Shown here: positions 9,230 to 18,822 of the stretch, one piece after another
How the letters are laid out: every line of letters starts with the position of its first letter
Numbering within the stretch: position 1 is the stretch's first letter
Assembly: GCA_023133485.1 (NCBI GenBank)
Contig: JAGLWK010000006.1
Coordinates: 12,218 to 76,217, forward strand
DNA from: Bacteroidales bacterium
GTDB taxonomy: Bacteria > Bacteroidota > Bacteroidia > Bacteroidales > B39-G9
Direction: 5' to 3'
Length of the DNA stretch: 64,000 bases
Program-made: the position numbers and the translations under genes
Notes under the pieces: generated by a model
Told to the model about the DNA's origin: nothing
Database searches by the model: none
What the model saw: only the letters and a program-made list of their open reading frames with translations

Positions 9230-12200
9230 ATGAAAAAATTATTATTTATTGTTATTTCTTTATTAGTAAATATCTGTTTATTTGCTCAGGCTCCCCAATC
9301 TTTTAATTATCAGACAATTATTAGAAACAGTTCAGGAGAGATCATAGCAAATCAAAATGTGAGCATGCAGATAAGCATCTTGCTTGGTAGTGCTGATGCA
9401 AGTGCTGTTTATACTGAAACACATCTGGACACAACAAATCAATTTGGTTTGATTAACCTTAAAATAGGAGAAGGAACTACAACAAATGACTTTTCTGCAA
9501 TTGATTGGGCTAATACCCTTACTTTCATAAAAATTGAATTAGATATAAATGGAGGAAGCAATTATCAGGAAATGGGAGTATCGCAATTACTTTCAGTACC
9601 TTATGCATTATATTCAAAAAATACTGAAAATATTGATGATGCAGATGCTGATCCTGAAAACGAAATTCAAAATTTGGATATTACAGGGAATACCTTGTCA
9701 ATTACACAGGGAAACTCAATAATAATTCCAACAAACGAAAATGTATGGAGTTCTGACGGAAGTAATATCTTTTATAATCAGGGAAACGTCGGAATTGGTT
9801 CCTTAACACCATCAGGTAGATTAGAAGTAAAAGGAGATGCTACAGGAAGTACTGATGATATATTATTTGGAGTAATAAATAATAATGGTGATACTGTTTT
9901 GGCTGTTTATCAGGGAGGAGTGAGAATATATGTTGATACTATTACGTCAAAAGCAACCGGTAGTAAAGGAGGTTTTGCAGTTGGTGGATTTAATGCAGGA
10001 AAATCCAATTCAATTGAATATCTTAGAGTTACTCCGGACAGTGTTAGGATATATGTAGATGATAATATATCAAAAGCAACCAGTAGTAAAGGAGGTTTTG
10101 CAGTTGGTGGATTTAATGCAGGAAAAGGAACAATAACAAATGAATTATTAAGAATAACAAAAGATAGTGCCCGAATATATGTTAGTAATGAAACGAAAGC
10201 TACCGGCAGCAAAGGAGGTTTTGCAGTTGGTGGATTTAATGCAGGAAAATCAGGAGTTACAAATTTTTTACAACTTACAGCCGATAATTATTTTATTGGA
10301 AATGAAAGTGGAGTAAGCATAACAAGTGGAATTTATAATTCAACCTTAGGTTACCAAAGTGGTCGTTTTATTAATGAAGGACAAAGTAATGCATTTATAG
10401 GTTATCAAAGTGGTTATAATACAACCATTGGGAGTGGTAATCTTTTTCTTGGATATCAAACAGGGTTTAGTAACGAGGATGGAAACTATAATTCATTTCT
10501 GGGATATCTCGCTGGTTACTCAAATACAATAGGAACTTTTAATACATTCTTGGGGAGTTTTTCAGGATTCAATAATATTGATGGATACAATAATACTTTT
10601 GTCGGTGACTCAACCGGATATAATAATATTAATGGTTATTATAACACCTTTTTAGGAACAGGTTGTGGTAATAAAAACATTTCAGGTATTATGAATGTAT
10701 TTATTGGTAATCGTTCGGGATATCAAAATATAGATGGAAGTAGAAATGTATTTATTGGAAATTATGCCGGTAATGAAAACTTAAGCGGATATAAAAATGT
10801 ATTTATTGGACATGGAGCTGGAGCTTATCAGGAATCCGGAAGTCAAAACGTTTTTATTGGAAATTTAGCGGGTTTATTAAGTACTGAAACCTGGGGTAAT
10901 ATTAATATAGGTTTCCATAGTGGCTATAATACTACAACAGGCTCTTCAAATACTTTTGTAGGAGCACTTACAGGATATTCGAACACAACTGGTTTTTCAA
11001 ATACTTTTATTGGCATTGAAGCAGGATATTCAATGGACACAAGTTGCTGTAATACATTTTTAGGTGATCATGCTGGTTATTTTGTAATAAGTGGAGAAAG
11101 CAATGTTTTTATAGGTGCTAATGCCGGTTATAATGAATCTCAATCAGATATAGTAAGTAGTTCAAATATATTTATTGGTAATTATTCAGGTTTTAATAGC
11201 GCCAGTGGTGGAAATAATGTCTTTATTGGAAATGAAGCGGCTCGTGCTAATGAAGAATCATGGGACAATGTTATTATTGGAAATCAAAGTGGTTTTAGTA
11301 ATACAACCGGATGGTCAAATATAATGCTTGGATATGAAGCCGGAAGAAACAACACAATTGGAAATTCAAATGTTTTTATTGGAACCCATGCAGCTTATAG
11401 CAATATTGACGGATATAACAATATTATGATGGGTAATAATGCCGGCTATTTATTTACTACAGGGAATGAAAATATTTTCATTGGTAATAATAGTGGTAAC
11501 AATAGCAATGCTTGTTGGGGTAATATTTTTATGGGATTTGAAAGCGGTATAAATAATACTACGGGAAGCTCCAATACATTTATTGGTACAAAAACAGGTT
11601 ATTCAAGTATTGATGGATGGGTAAATACTTTCATTGGACATAAAGCAGGTTATTCAGTGGATTCAAGTAGTAATAATGTAATGATTGGTACCAAGACTGG
11701 TTATTGGGCAGAGAATAGTGATAGAAATGTGATTGTTGGAACATTTGCAGGTTATCATAATTCAATAAGTGATTCTTTAAGCTCATCCAACGTAATAATT
11801 GGTTATGAAGCTGCTTATAATAGCATTAGCGGAGAAGCAAATATTTTTATAGGACAAAGAGCTGGATATTCAAATGAAGACACCTGGAACAATATATTTA
11901 TTGGAAACGAAAGTGGCTACAGCAATACCACAGGGATAGAAAATGTATATCTTGGAAGCCTTTCAGGTTATTATGCTAAAAACAGCTCGTCAAGTGTATT
12001 TATAGGATCCTCAACAGGTTATAATTTCAATCAATCTGATAGTGCTAGTAGTTCACATGTTTTTATTGGAAATGGAGCAGGATATAATAGTGTTGGAGGA
12101 GAATTAAACGTATTTATCGGATACAATGCAGGATATTCAAATGAGCAATCGTTTAATAATGTTTTTCTTGGCTGTGAAAGTGGTTTCAATAATGCTACCG

Positions 12201-14050
12201 GAAATTCAAATGTTTTTTTAGGAACGCGCTCTGGTTTTGGAAATATTGATGGATATAACAATATCATGATGGGAAGTGACGCAGGCTATAATTCTGCAAC
12301 AGGTAATGAGAATATATTTATTGGTAACAAAAGTGGTTATAATAGTAACGATTGCTGGGGCAATGTATTTATGGGTTTTGAAAGTGGTATAAATAATACA
12401 ACAGGAAGCTCCAATACATTTATTGGCACTAAAGCAGGTTATTCAAACGTAGATGGTTGGGTAAACACTTTCATTGGTCATAAAGCAGGATATACAACTG
12501 ATTCAAGCAATTATAATGTAATGATAGGTAGAAGTGCAGGATATTATATTAAAAAATGTGATAAAAATGTAATCATTGGAGTAAATGCCGGTTTCCATGA
12601 ATTGCAAACTGATGTTTTTAGTGAATCAAATGTAATTATAGGTCATGAAGCTGGTTATAAGAGTACAGGAGGAGCAACAAATGTATTTATAGGTCATCAG
12701 GCTGGATATTTTAATGAACAAACTTGGAGTAATGTATTTATTGGTAATGAAAGTGGTTATAGTAACACCACTGGTAGTGATAATGTTTTTATGGGATATC
12801 AAAGTGGATTTGCCAATACAACGGGAAGAGAGAATGTTTTTATCGGTTGGCTTGCAGGTTCATCAAATACAACTTCACTTGGAAATGTCTTTGTTGGTGC
12901 AACTGCGGGAGAATCAAATACAACCGGTCATAGTAATACATTTATTGGTTTACATGCTGGAACAAAAAATGTTACTGGAAGTGATAATACAATAATTGGT
13001 GCATGGACTGCAGATGGTGATTCTGTTGGGACAGGTAATACTATCCTTGGTAGTATGGCAGCAAGAGATTTAAGAGGATATGAGAATACTATTTTCGGAT
13101 TTAATGCAGGTAATGATTTAATTGAAGGTAATAGAAATGTTTTTATTGGCTATCAGGCAGGATATCATGAAATAGGTTCAAATAAACTTTATATTTCAAA
13201 TTGGACAGCAGATTCTATTCAGGCATTAATATATGGAGAATTTGATAATGATATTTTAATGTTTAACGGGAATGTCGGCATAGGAAAATATCCTGATAAA
13301 CCTCTTGATATTGCCAGAAATGGTGGTATACAAATAAGCCTTACTGATTCTGCTTCTTCAACTAACGAGATATATTTTGTTGATAATGGACAAATAAGAA
13401 GTTGTGATAATAATCACCGCATTATTTTCTTTAGAGACCAGGATAAAATGGAATTCAGAGAATATGGCGATATAATTTTTTCATCCGGTTCATTAGATGG
13501 TTTTAGGACTAATAACATGGTAATCAATAGTGTTGGCGACCTGAGTATAAATGGTGATGCATTTAAACCTATAGCAGGTGGTTGGGAATCAACTTCTGAT
13601 AAAAGAATTAAAACCGATATTCAAGATATTGAAAATGCTTCTGAAACCATTTTAAAATTACATCCGGTAAAATTTAAATATTCTGATGAATGGAAAAAAC
13701 TAAATCCAACAATCAAAGATAAATATTATTATAATTTCATTGCTCAGGAATTTAAAGAGGTATTTCCAAACTCTGTAAAAGGCAGTGGAAAATATCTTAA
13801 AGATGATAAAGAAGAAATTTTACAATTAGATTCTTATAATGCTCAAATTGTCGCAATTAAAGCTATTCAGGAACTTATTAAAGAAAATAAAAAGCAAAAA
13901 GAACTAATTAATAATTTGCAACAGGCAAATTCAGAAAAGTATAATGAAATTAATGAATTAAAAGCTAAAATAAACCATATAGATGAATTATCAGAACAGA
14001 TTAATGAATTAAAACAATTAATTGATGATAAATTTGCCGAAGGTCATTAA
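9230..14050 (+). CDS. giant secreted beta-solenoid repeat protein, tail-fibre-like, C-terminal S74-type domain (type B)
   Basis: 1606 aa. The N-terminal ~650 aa are near-identical to gene 4411..8616, except for a missing ~47-aa DADA..EIDLS unit. It has about 55 17-residue repeats and a C-terminus SDKRIKTDIQDIENASETILKLHPVKFKYSDEW...FIAQEFKEVFPNSV plus coiled coil ending LIDDKFAEGH. Confidence 0.8.
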   Translation: MKKLLFIVISLLVNICLFAQAPQSFNYQTIIRNSSGEIIANQNVSMQISILLGSADASAVYTETHLDTTNQFGLINLKIGEGTTTNDFSAIDWANTLTFIKIELDINGGSNYQEMGVSQLLSVPYALYSKNTENIDDADADPENEIQNLDITGNTLSITQGNSIIIPTNENVWSSDGSNIFYNQGNVGIGSLTPSGRLEVKGDATGSTDDILFGVINNNGDTVLAVYQGGVRIYVDTITSKATGSKGGFAVGGFNAGKSNSIEYLRVTPDSVRIYVDDNISKATSSKGGFAVGGFNAGKGTITNELLRITKDSARIYVSNETKATGSKGGFAVGGFNAGKSGVTNFLQLTADNYFIGNESGVSITSGIYNSTLGYQSGRFINEGQSNAFIGYQSGYNTTIGSGNLFLGYQTGFSNEDGNYNSFLGYLAGYSNTIGTFNTFLGSFSGFNNIDGYNNTFVGDSTGYNNINGYYNTFLGTGCGNKNISGIMNVFIGNRSGYQNIDGSRNVFIGNYAGNENLSGYKNVFIGHGAGAYQESGSQNVFIGNLAGLLSTETWGNINIGFHSGYNTTTGSSNTFVGALTGYSNTTGFSNTFIGIEAGYSMDTSCCNTFLGDHAGYFVISGESNVFIGANAGYNESQSDIVSSSNIFIGNYSGFNSASGGNNVFIGNEAARANEESWDNVIIGNQSGFSNTTGWSNIMLGYEAGRNNTIGNSNVFIGTHAAYSNIDGYNNIMMGNNAGYLFTTGNENIFIGNNSGNNSNACWGNIFMGFESGINNTTGSSNTFIGTKTGYSSIDGWVNTFIGHKAGYSVDSSSNNVMIGTKTGYWAENSDRNVIVGTFAGYHNSISDSLSSSNVIIGYEAAYNSISGEANIFIGQRAGYSNEDTWNNIFIGNESGYSNTTGIENVYLGSLSGYYAKNSSSSVFIGSSTGYNFNQSDSASSSHVFIGNGAGYNSVGGELNVFIGYNAGYSNEQSFNNVFLGCESGFNNATGNSNVFLGTRSGFGNIDGYNNIMMGSDAGYNSATGNENIFIGNKSGYNSNDCWGNVFMGFESGINNTTGSSNTFIGTKAGYSNVDGWVNTFIGHKAGYTTDSSNYNVMIGRSAGYYIKKCDKNVIIGVNAGFHELQTDVFSESNVIIGHEAGYKSTGGATNVFIGHQAGYFNEQTWSNVFIGNESGYSNTTGSDNVFMGYQSGFANTTGRENVFIGWLAGSSNTTSLGNVFVGATAGESNTTGHSNTFIGLHAGTKNVTGSDNTIIGAWTADGDSVGTGNTILGSMAARDLRGYENTIFGFNAGNDLIEGNRNVFIGYQAGYHEIGSNKLYISNWTADSIQALIYGEFDNDILMFNGNVGIGKYPDKPLDIARNGGIQISLTDSASSTNEIYFVDNGQIRSCDNNHRIIFFRDQDKMEFREYGDIIFSSGSLDGFRTNNMVINSVGDLSINGDAFKPIAGGWESTSDKRIKTDIQDIENASETILKLHPVKFKYSDEWKKLNPTIKDKYYYNFIAQEFKEVFPNSVKGSGKYLKDDKEEILQLDSYNAQIVAIKAIQELIKENKKQKELINNLQQANSEKYNEINELKAKINHIDELSEQINELKQLIDDKFAEGH

Positions 14051-14420
14051 TATTTAATTATCAATTAAAATAAAATACTCATACATACTGGTTATGTGAA
14101 GGTTATGCCTTATGAAATGAAAGATTTGACAAAATGACAGTTTGAATTTTTAGGGCATAATCTTTTACAAAATTAATTAATTATGTACCTATCATAGTTA
14201 AAATTAAAAATAGTAAAGAAAATATTTTAGTTCCATCCTTTAATATTACCATTGAACCAAATATACGCTATTATCACAAATACATTTTATAAAAAAACCT
14301 TATTCCTTTATTTTTATTTTTTATTATTTAGCGATATTTAATACCTTGTATTTTTAAATTTCATAATTACAATTGGTATAATCCGATAAATACATTATTC
14401 ACATTTTAAAAATCATAAAA

Positions 14421-14909
14421 ATGAAAAAAATTTCCTTATTAGTTTTTTTATTACTACTTGTTAGTAAGCTGATTTATAGCCAAAGTAACTCTCCTGAAGT
14501 TATTTCTACAACAGGAGATTATTTTGAAAATGAAAATGGTTCATTAAGTTTTACAATTGGTGAACCAATTATAGAAACCTTATCAGGAAGTGATTTAATT
14601 ATAACCCAGGGCTTTCAGCAAAGCAAATATGAAATTACTCCGGTAATTGATATTTTGGGTGATGATATTTTTGTTAAGGTCTATCCTAATCCAACATCAC
14701 AGTTTATTATTATTGATATTGGACAAAATAATGCTGAAAAATATTCTTTGGATATTATCAATATCAAAGGCGAAAGACTTTTTAACACACGGATTGGCAA
14801 TGAAAAAACTATTTTAAATTTAGATAAGTATTCTTTATCAGAATTAATATTAAGAATTTTTAATGATAAAAATAAAATGATAAAGAGCTTTAAAATAATC
14901 AAAATCTAA
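14421..14909 (+). CDS. small secreted protein with T9SS C-terminal sorting domain (paralog of 3766..4254)
   Basis: 162 aa. It differs from the 3766 copy at only a few residues and has the same downstream hairpin pair and giant-gene leader. Confidence 0.75.
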   Translation: MKKISLLVFLLLLVSKLIYSQSNSPEVISTTGDYFENENGSLSFTIGEPIIETLSGSDLIITQGFQQSKYEITPVIDILGDDIFVKVYPNPTSQFIIIDIGQNNAEKYSLDIINIKGERLFNTRIGNEKTILNLDKYSLSELILRIFNDKNKMIKSFKIIKI

Positions 14910-14935
14910 TTAGTGTTTGTCTATAAAGTTGATAA

Positions 14936-15018
14936 AAACCCTCGGGGTTTAATAAAATTATAAAAATATAAATTGTAAAATATTTGTTTTCAATTAATTA
15001 GTAAAACTCCGAGGGTTT
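14936..15018. repeat. second copy of the reverse-complementary hairpin pair
   Basis: AAACCCTCGGGGTTT (14936-14950) and AAACTCCGAGGGTTT (15004-15018). The single C>T change keeps pairing as a G-U wobble. Confidence 0.55.
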
Positions 15019-15065
15019 GATTATAAAGTCCGAAAATTCTATTTCCTAAACTAAAATTATATATC

Positions 15066-18000
15066 ATGAAAAAATTATTATTTATTATTATTTCGTTATT
15101 AGTAAACATCTGTTTATTTGCTCAAACTCCCCAATCTTTTAATTATCAGACAATTATTAGAAACAGTTCAGGAGAGATCATAGCAAATCAAAATGTGAGC
15201 ATACAGATAAGTATCTTATTTGGTAGTATTGATGCAAGTGCTGTTTATACCGAAACACATCTGGATACAACAAACCAATTTGGTCTGATAAACCTTAAAA
15301 TAGGAGAAGGGACCACAACATATGACTTTTCTGCAATTGATTGGTCTAATACCCCTGCTTTCATAAAAATTGAATTAGATGTGAATGGTGGAAGCGATTA
15401 TCAGGAAATGGGAGTATCACAATTACTTTCAGTGCCTTATGCATTATATTCAAAAAATACCGAAAATATTGATGATGCAGATGCTGACCCTGAAAACGAA
15501 ATTCAGGACTTACAAATAAATGGTAATATATTAACAATAACTCTAAATGGCACAGCCACCGAAATTGATTTAAGCCAATATGACCAAAGTGGTATGAATA
15601 TTAATGATGCAGATGCTAACCCTGAAAACGAAATTCAGGACTTACAAATAGATGGTAATATTTTAACAATAACCCTAAATGGTACAGCTACAGAAATTGA
15701 TTTAAGTTCTTATATTGACAATACTGATAATCAAGAACTTAGCATAATTAATGATACCCTTAGTATTGCAGGTGGAACAAATATTATTGATTTAAGCATA
15801 TACGACCAAAGCGGTATGAATATTAATGATGCAGATGCTGATACAACAAATGAAATTCAAAATTTGGATATTACAGGAAATACTTTGTCAATTTCACAGG
15901 GAAACTCAATAATAATTCCAACAACCCCAAGTATTTGGAGTTCTGACGGTAGTAATATCTTTTATAATCAGGGAAATGTCGGAATTGGTTCCCTAACACC
16001 ATCAGGTAGATTAGAGGTAAAAGGAGATGCTACCGGAAGTCCTGACGATATTTTATTTGGAGTAATAAATAATAATGGTGATACTGTTTTGGCTGTTTAT
16101 CAGGGAGGAGTAAGAATATATGTTGATACTGCTACATCAAAAGCTACAGGTAGTAAAGGCGGATTTGCAGTTGGTGGATTTAATGCAGGGAAATCCAATT
16201 CAATTGAATATTTTAGAGTTACTCCTGATAGTGTGAGAATATATGTTGATACTGCTACGTCAAAAGCAACTGGTAGTAAAGGCGGATTTGCAGTTGGTGG
16301 ATTTAATGCAGGCAAAACAAATGGACTAGAGTTGTTAAGAGTAACAGACGATAGTGTTCGTATTTATGTAAAAAATACTACGTCAAAAGCCACAGGTAGT
16401 AAAGGTGGATTTGCAGTTGGTGGATTTAATGCAGGGAAATCAGGAGTTACAAATTTTTTAGATCTTACACCAAATAATTATTTCATTGGCCACGAAGCAG
16501 GATTTTCAAATACAACAGGATTGTATAACTCATTTATTGGTTATAATTCCGGTTATTCAAATACCATAGGTGAACGCAATATATTTATGGGTTATTATTC
16601 GGGATATTCAAACCTAGATGGATATAACAATCTATTTATTGGAGATTCTTCTGGTTATTCTAATTCAAGTGGTATTCGAAATATTTTCCTCGGTAACCGA
16701 GCAGGAAAAGCAAATACTACAGGATACCAAAATATTGCTATTGGAATGTATGCTGGTTATGAAAATACAATAGGGAATCGTAATGTTTTCATTGGAACCG
16801 CTGCTGGTTATGATAATACAGAGGGAATAACAAATGTGTTTATAGGTAATTTTGCAGGTGGATATAATACCTTAGGTAGCCAAAATGTTTTTATTGGAAG
16901 AACGGCAGGATACCTTAATACAACAGGTTCTAGTAATGTTTATGTTGGTATGGAGGCTGGTTTCAATAGCGATACAGCCCAACAAAATGTATGTATTGGC
17001 ATCCATAGTGGCTACAGTAATACAGGAGGATGGAGCAATGTTTTTGTTGGAGATAATACAGGATTTTCCAATACTACAGGTCACGATAATGTTTTTATAG
17101 GAAGTGGTACAGGTTATTATAACACCATTGGTTGTAATAATACGCTTCTTGGAATTCAAGCAGGTTATTCAAATACAGAAGGAACCAGTAATGTTTTCCT
17201 GGGATCTTTTTCTGGATGGAATAATACTACAGGTAATTATAATATTTACATTGGAGACCATGCTGGTCACGATAGCGATACAGCAGGTTCCAATGTTAGT
17301 ATAGGTTTTTACGCCGGATGTAAAAATGCGGGAGGAGGTAATAATGTTTTTATCGGAGATAATACAGCACAAGAGAACACAACTGGTAGCTCAAATGTTT
17401 TTATAGGAAAAGCAACAGGTGCTGAAAATACTACTGCTAATTATAATACATTCATCGGGAATGAAAGCGGACATAGTAATATAGAAGGGGAACAAAATAC
17501 ATTTTTTGGTGCTTCATCCGGCGTTTGGCACGCGGTTGGTGATAGTAATGTATTCATTGGAGTTGCAAGTGGAGCAAATCATATTAACGGAAGCAGCAAT
17601 ACTATGATAGGACCTTATGCAGGTTCCAATTCAAACGGAAGCGGAAATGTGTTTTTAGGTAATCATGCAGGTAATGACGAACAGGGATCAAATAAATTGT
17701 ATATCGAAAATACAGGACATGATAGTGCAAATGCATTGATCTATGGTGAGTTTGATAATGATATTCTTCGCTTTAATGCAGATGTAACTATAAAAGGAAA
17801 TCTAACTATTAAAGGCTCTGATAATTATAATTTGTTCCTTGGTGATTCTGCCGGTTATTTCAATTCTTCAGGTCAACAAAATACTTTTATTGGTACAGAA
17901 GCAGGAAATTTAAATAGCACAGGTTCCAAAAATGTATTCTTAGGAGCCTGGGCAGGAGAGTCTAATACTTTTGGTAGCAATAATACTTTCATGGGAAGAG

Positions 18001-18749
18001 CAGCAGGTTGTTCTAATACTGAGGGTAATGGTAATATATTTCTGGGAGACTGTGCAGGTGTTTATAATTCTACAGGAAGTGGAAATGTCTTCATGGGAAA
18101 TGGGACCGGATATGATAACACAGTTGGTGATTCAAGTGTATTTATTGGATACAATGCAGGTCGTTACGAAACGGCATCATACCGGTTGTATATTGAAAAT
18201 AGCCAGTCTGATAGCGAAAATGCCCTGATTTATGGTGAATTTGATAATGACAGTCTTTGGTTAAATGCTGATGTAAAAATCAAAAATTCATTAAGCGTTG
18301 GTGGAAATGTTGGTATTGGCACTATCATCCCCGATAAACTATTACATGTTGCCGGTGATGCAAGAATAGAAGGAGACATTTATTGGGGTACAGCAGAAGA
18401 TATATATATTAAACCAGACTTTGTTTTTAATATTGATTATCAAGATAATTATCAGATTCTTGATATTGAAAAATTTATAAAGAAAAATAATCATTTGCCT
18501 TGGTTAACTTCAGCCAAAGATGAAAACGATGGAATAAACATGACACGAATGCAGTTTGAAACACTCGAAGCAGTTGAAAATCTCCAACTACAAGTAATTG
18601 AGTTAAAAAAGGAAAATGAAAGGCAAAAAGAAATAAATAATAATTTACAACAGGCAAATTCCGGAAAGTATAATGAAATTAATGAATTAAAACAACTAAT
18701 TAATGAATTAAAACAACTAATTGATGATAAATTTTCTGAAAGTCATTAA
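15066..18749 (+). CDS. giant secreted beta-solenoid repeat protein, tail-fibre-like, HLPW-type C-terminal module (type C), two neck motifs
   Basis: 1227 aa with the same signal peptide and N-domain, and extra DADA(D/N)PENEIQDLQI.GNILTITLNGTATEIDLS units. It has two LYIEN...ALIYGEFDND necks (~17685-17820 and ~18178-18290). The C-terminus is DFVFNIDYQDNYQILDIEKFIKKNNHLPWLTSAKDENDGINMTRMQFETLEAVENLQLQVIELKKEN, with no SDKR.K S74 motif. Confidence 0.8.
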   Translation: MKKLLFIIISLLVNICLFAQTPQSFNYQTIIRNSSGEIIANQNVSIQISILFGSIDASAVYTETHLDTTNQFGLINLKIGEGTTTYDFSAIDWSNTPAFIKIELDVNGGSDYQEMGVSQLLSVPYALYSKNTENIDDADADPENEIQDLQINGNILTITLNGTATEIDLSQYDQSGMNINDADANPENEIQDLQIDGNILTITLNGTATEIDLSSYIDNTDNQELSIINDTLSIAGGTNIIDLSIYDQSGMNINDADADTTNEIQNLDITGNTLSISQGNSIIIPTTPSIWSSDGSNIFYNQGNVGIGSLTPSGRLEVKGDATGSPDDILFGVINNNGDTVLAVYQGGVRIYVDTATSKATGSKGGFAVGGFNAGKSNSIEYFRVTPDSVRIYVDTATSKATGSKGGFAVGGFNAGKTNGLELLRVTDDSVRIYVKNTTSKATGSKGGFAVGGFNAGKSGVTNFLDLTPNNYFIGHEAGFSNTTGLYNSFIGYNSGYSNTIGERNIFMGYYSGYSNLDGYNNLFIGDSSGYSNSSGIRNIFLGNRAGKANTTGYQNIAIGMYAGYENTIGNRNVFIGTAAGYDNTEGITNVFIGNFAGGYNTLGSQNVFIGRTAGYLNTTGSSNVYVGMEAGFNSDTAQQNVCIGIHSGYSNTGGWSNVFVGDNTGFSNTTGHDNVFIGSGTGYYNTIGCNNTLLGIQAGYSNTEGTSNVFLGSFSGWNNTTGNYNIYIGDHAGHDSDTAGSNVSIGFYAGCKNAGGGNNVFIGDNTAQENTTGSSNVFIGKATGAENTTANYNTFIGNESGHSNIEGEQNTFFGASSGVWHAVGDSNVFIGVASGANHINGSSNTMIGPYAGSNSNGSGNVFLGNHAGNDEQGSNKLYIENTGHDSANALIYGEFDNDILRFNADVTIKGNLTIKGSDNYNLFLGDSAGYFNSSGQQNTFIGTEAGNLNSTGSKNVFLGAWAGESNTFGSNNTFMGRAAGCSNTEGNGNIFLGDCAGVYNSTGSGNVFMGNGTGYDNTVGDSSVFIGYNAGRYETASYRLYIENSQSDSENALIYGEFDNDSLWLNADVKIKNSLSVGGNVGIGTIIPDKLLHVAGDARIEGDIYWGTAEDIYIKPDFVFNIDYQDNYQILDIEKFIKKNNHLPWLTSAKDENDGINMTRMQFETLEAVENLQLQVIELKKENERQKEINNNLQQANSGKYNEINELKQLINELKQLIDDKFSESH

Positions 18750-18822
18750 ATAATAATCTAATGAATACTATAATTCAAAAAATATTACAAAAATTCAATT
18801 TTCTAAACTAAAATTATAAATC

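Noticed and set aside
14363-14382. 20-bp exact match ATAATTACAATTGGTATAAT at 14363-14382 and 55325-55344 as a shared regulatory or mobile-element site
   Set aside because: No flanking similarity extends beyond the 20-mer. In a strongly AT-rich 64-kb window, a single AT-rich 20-mer match on either strand is not far from chance expectation, so the support is insufficient.
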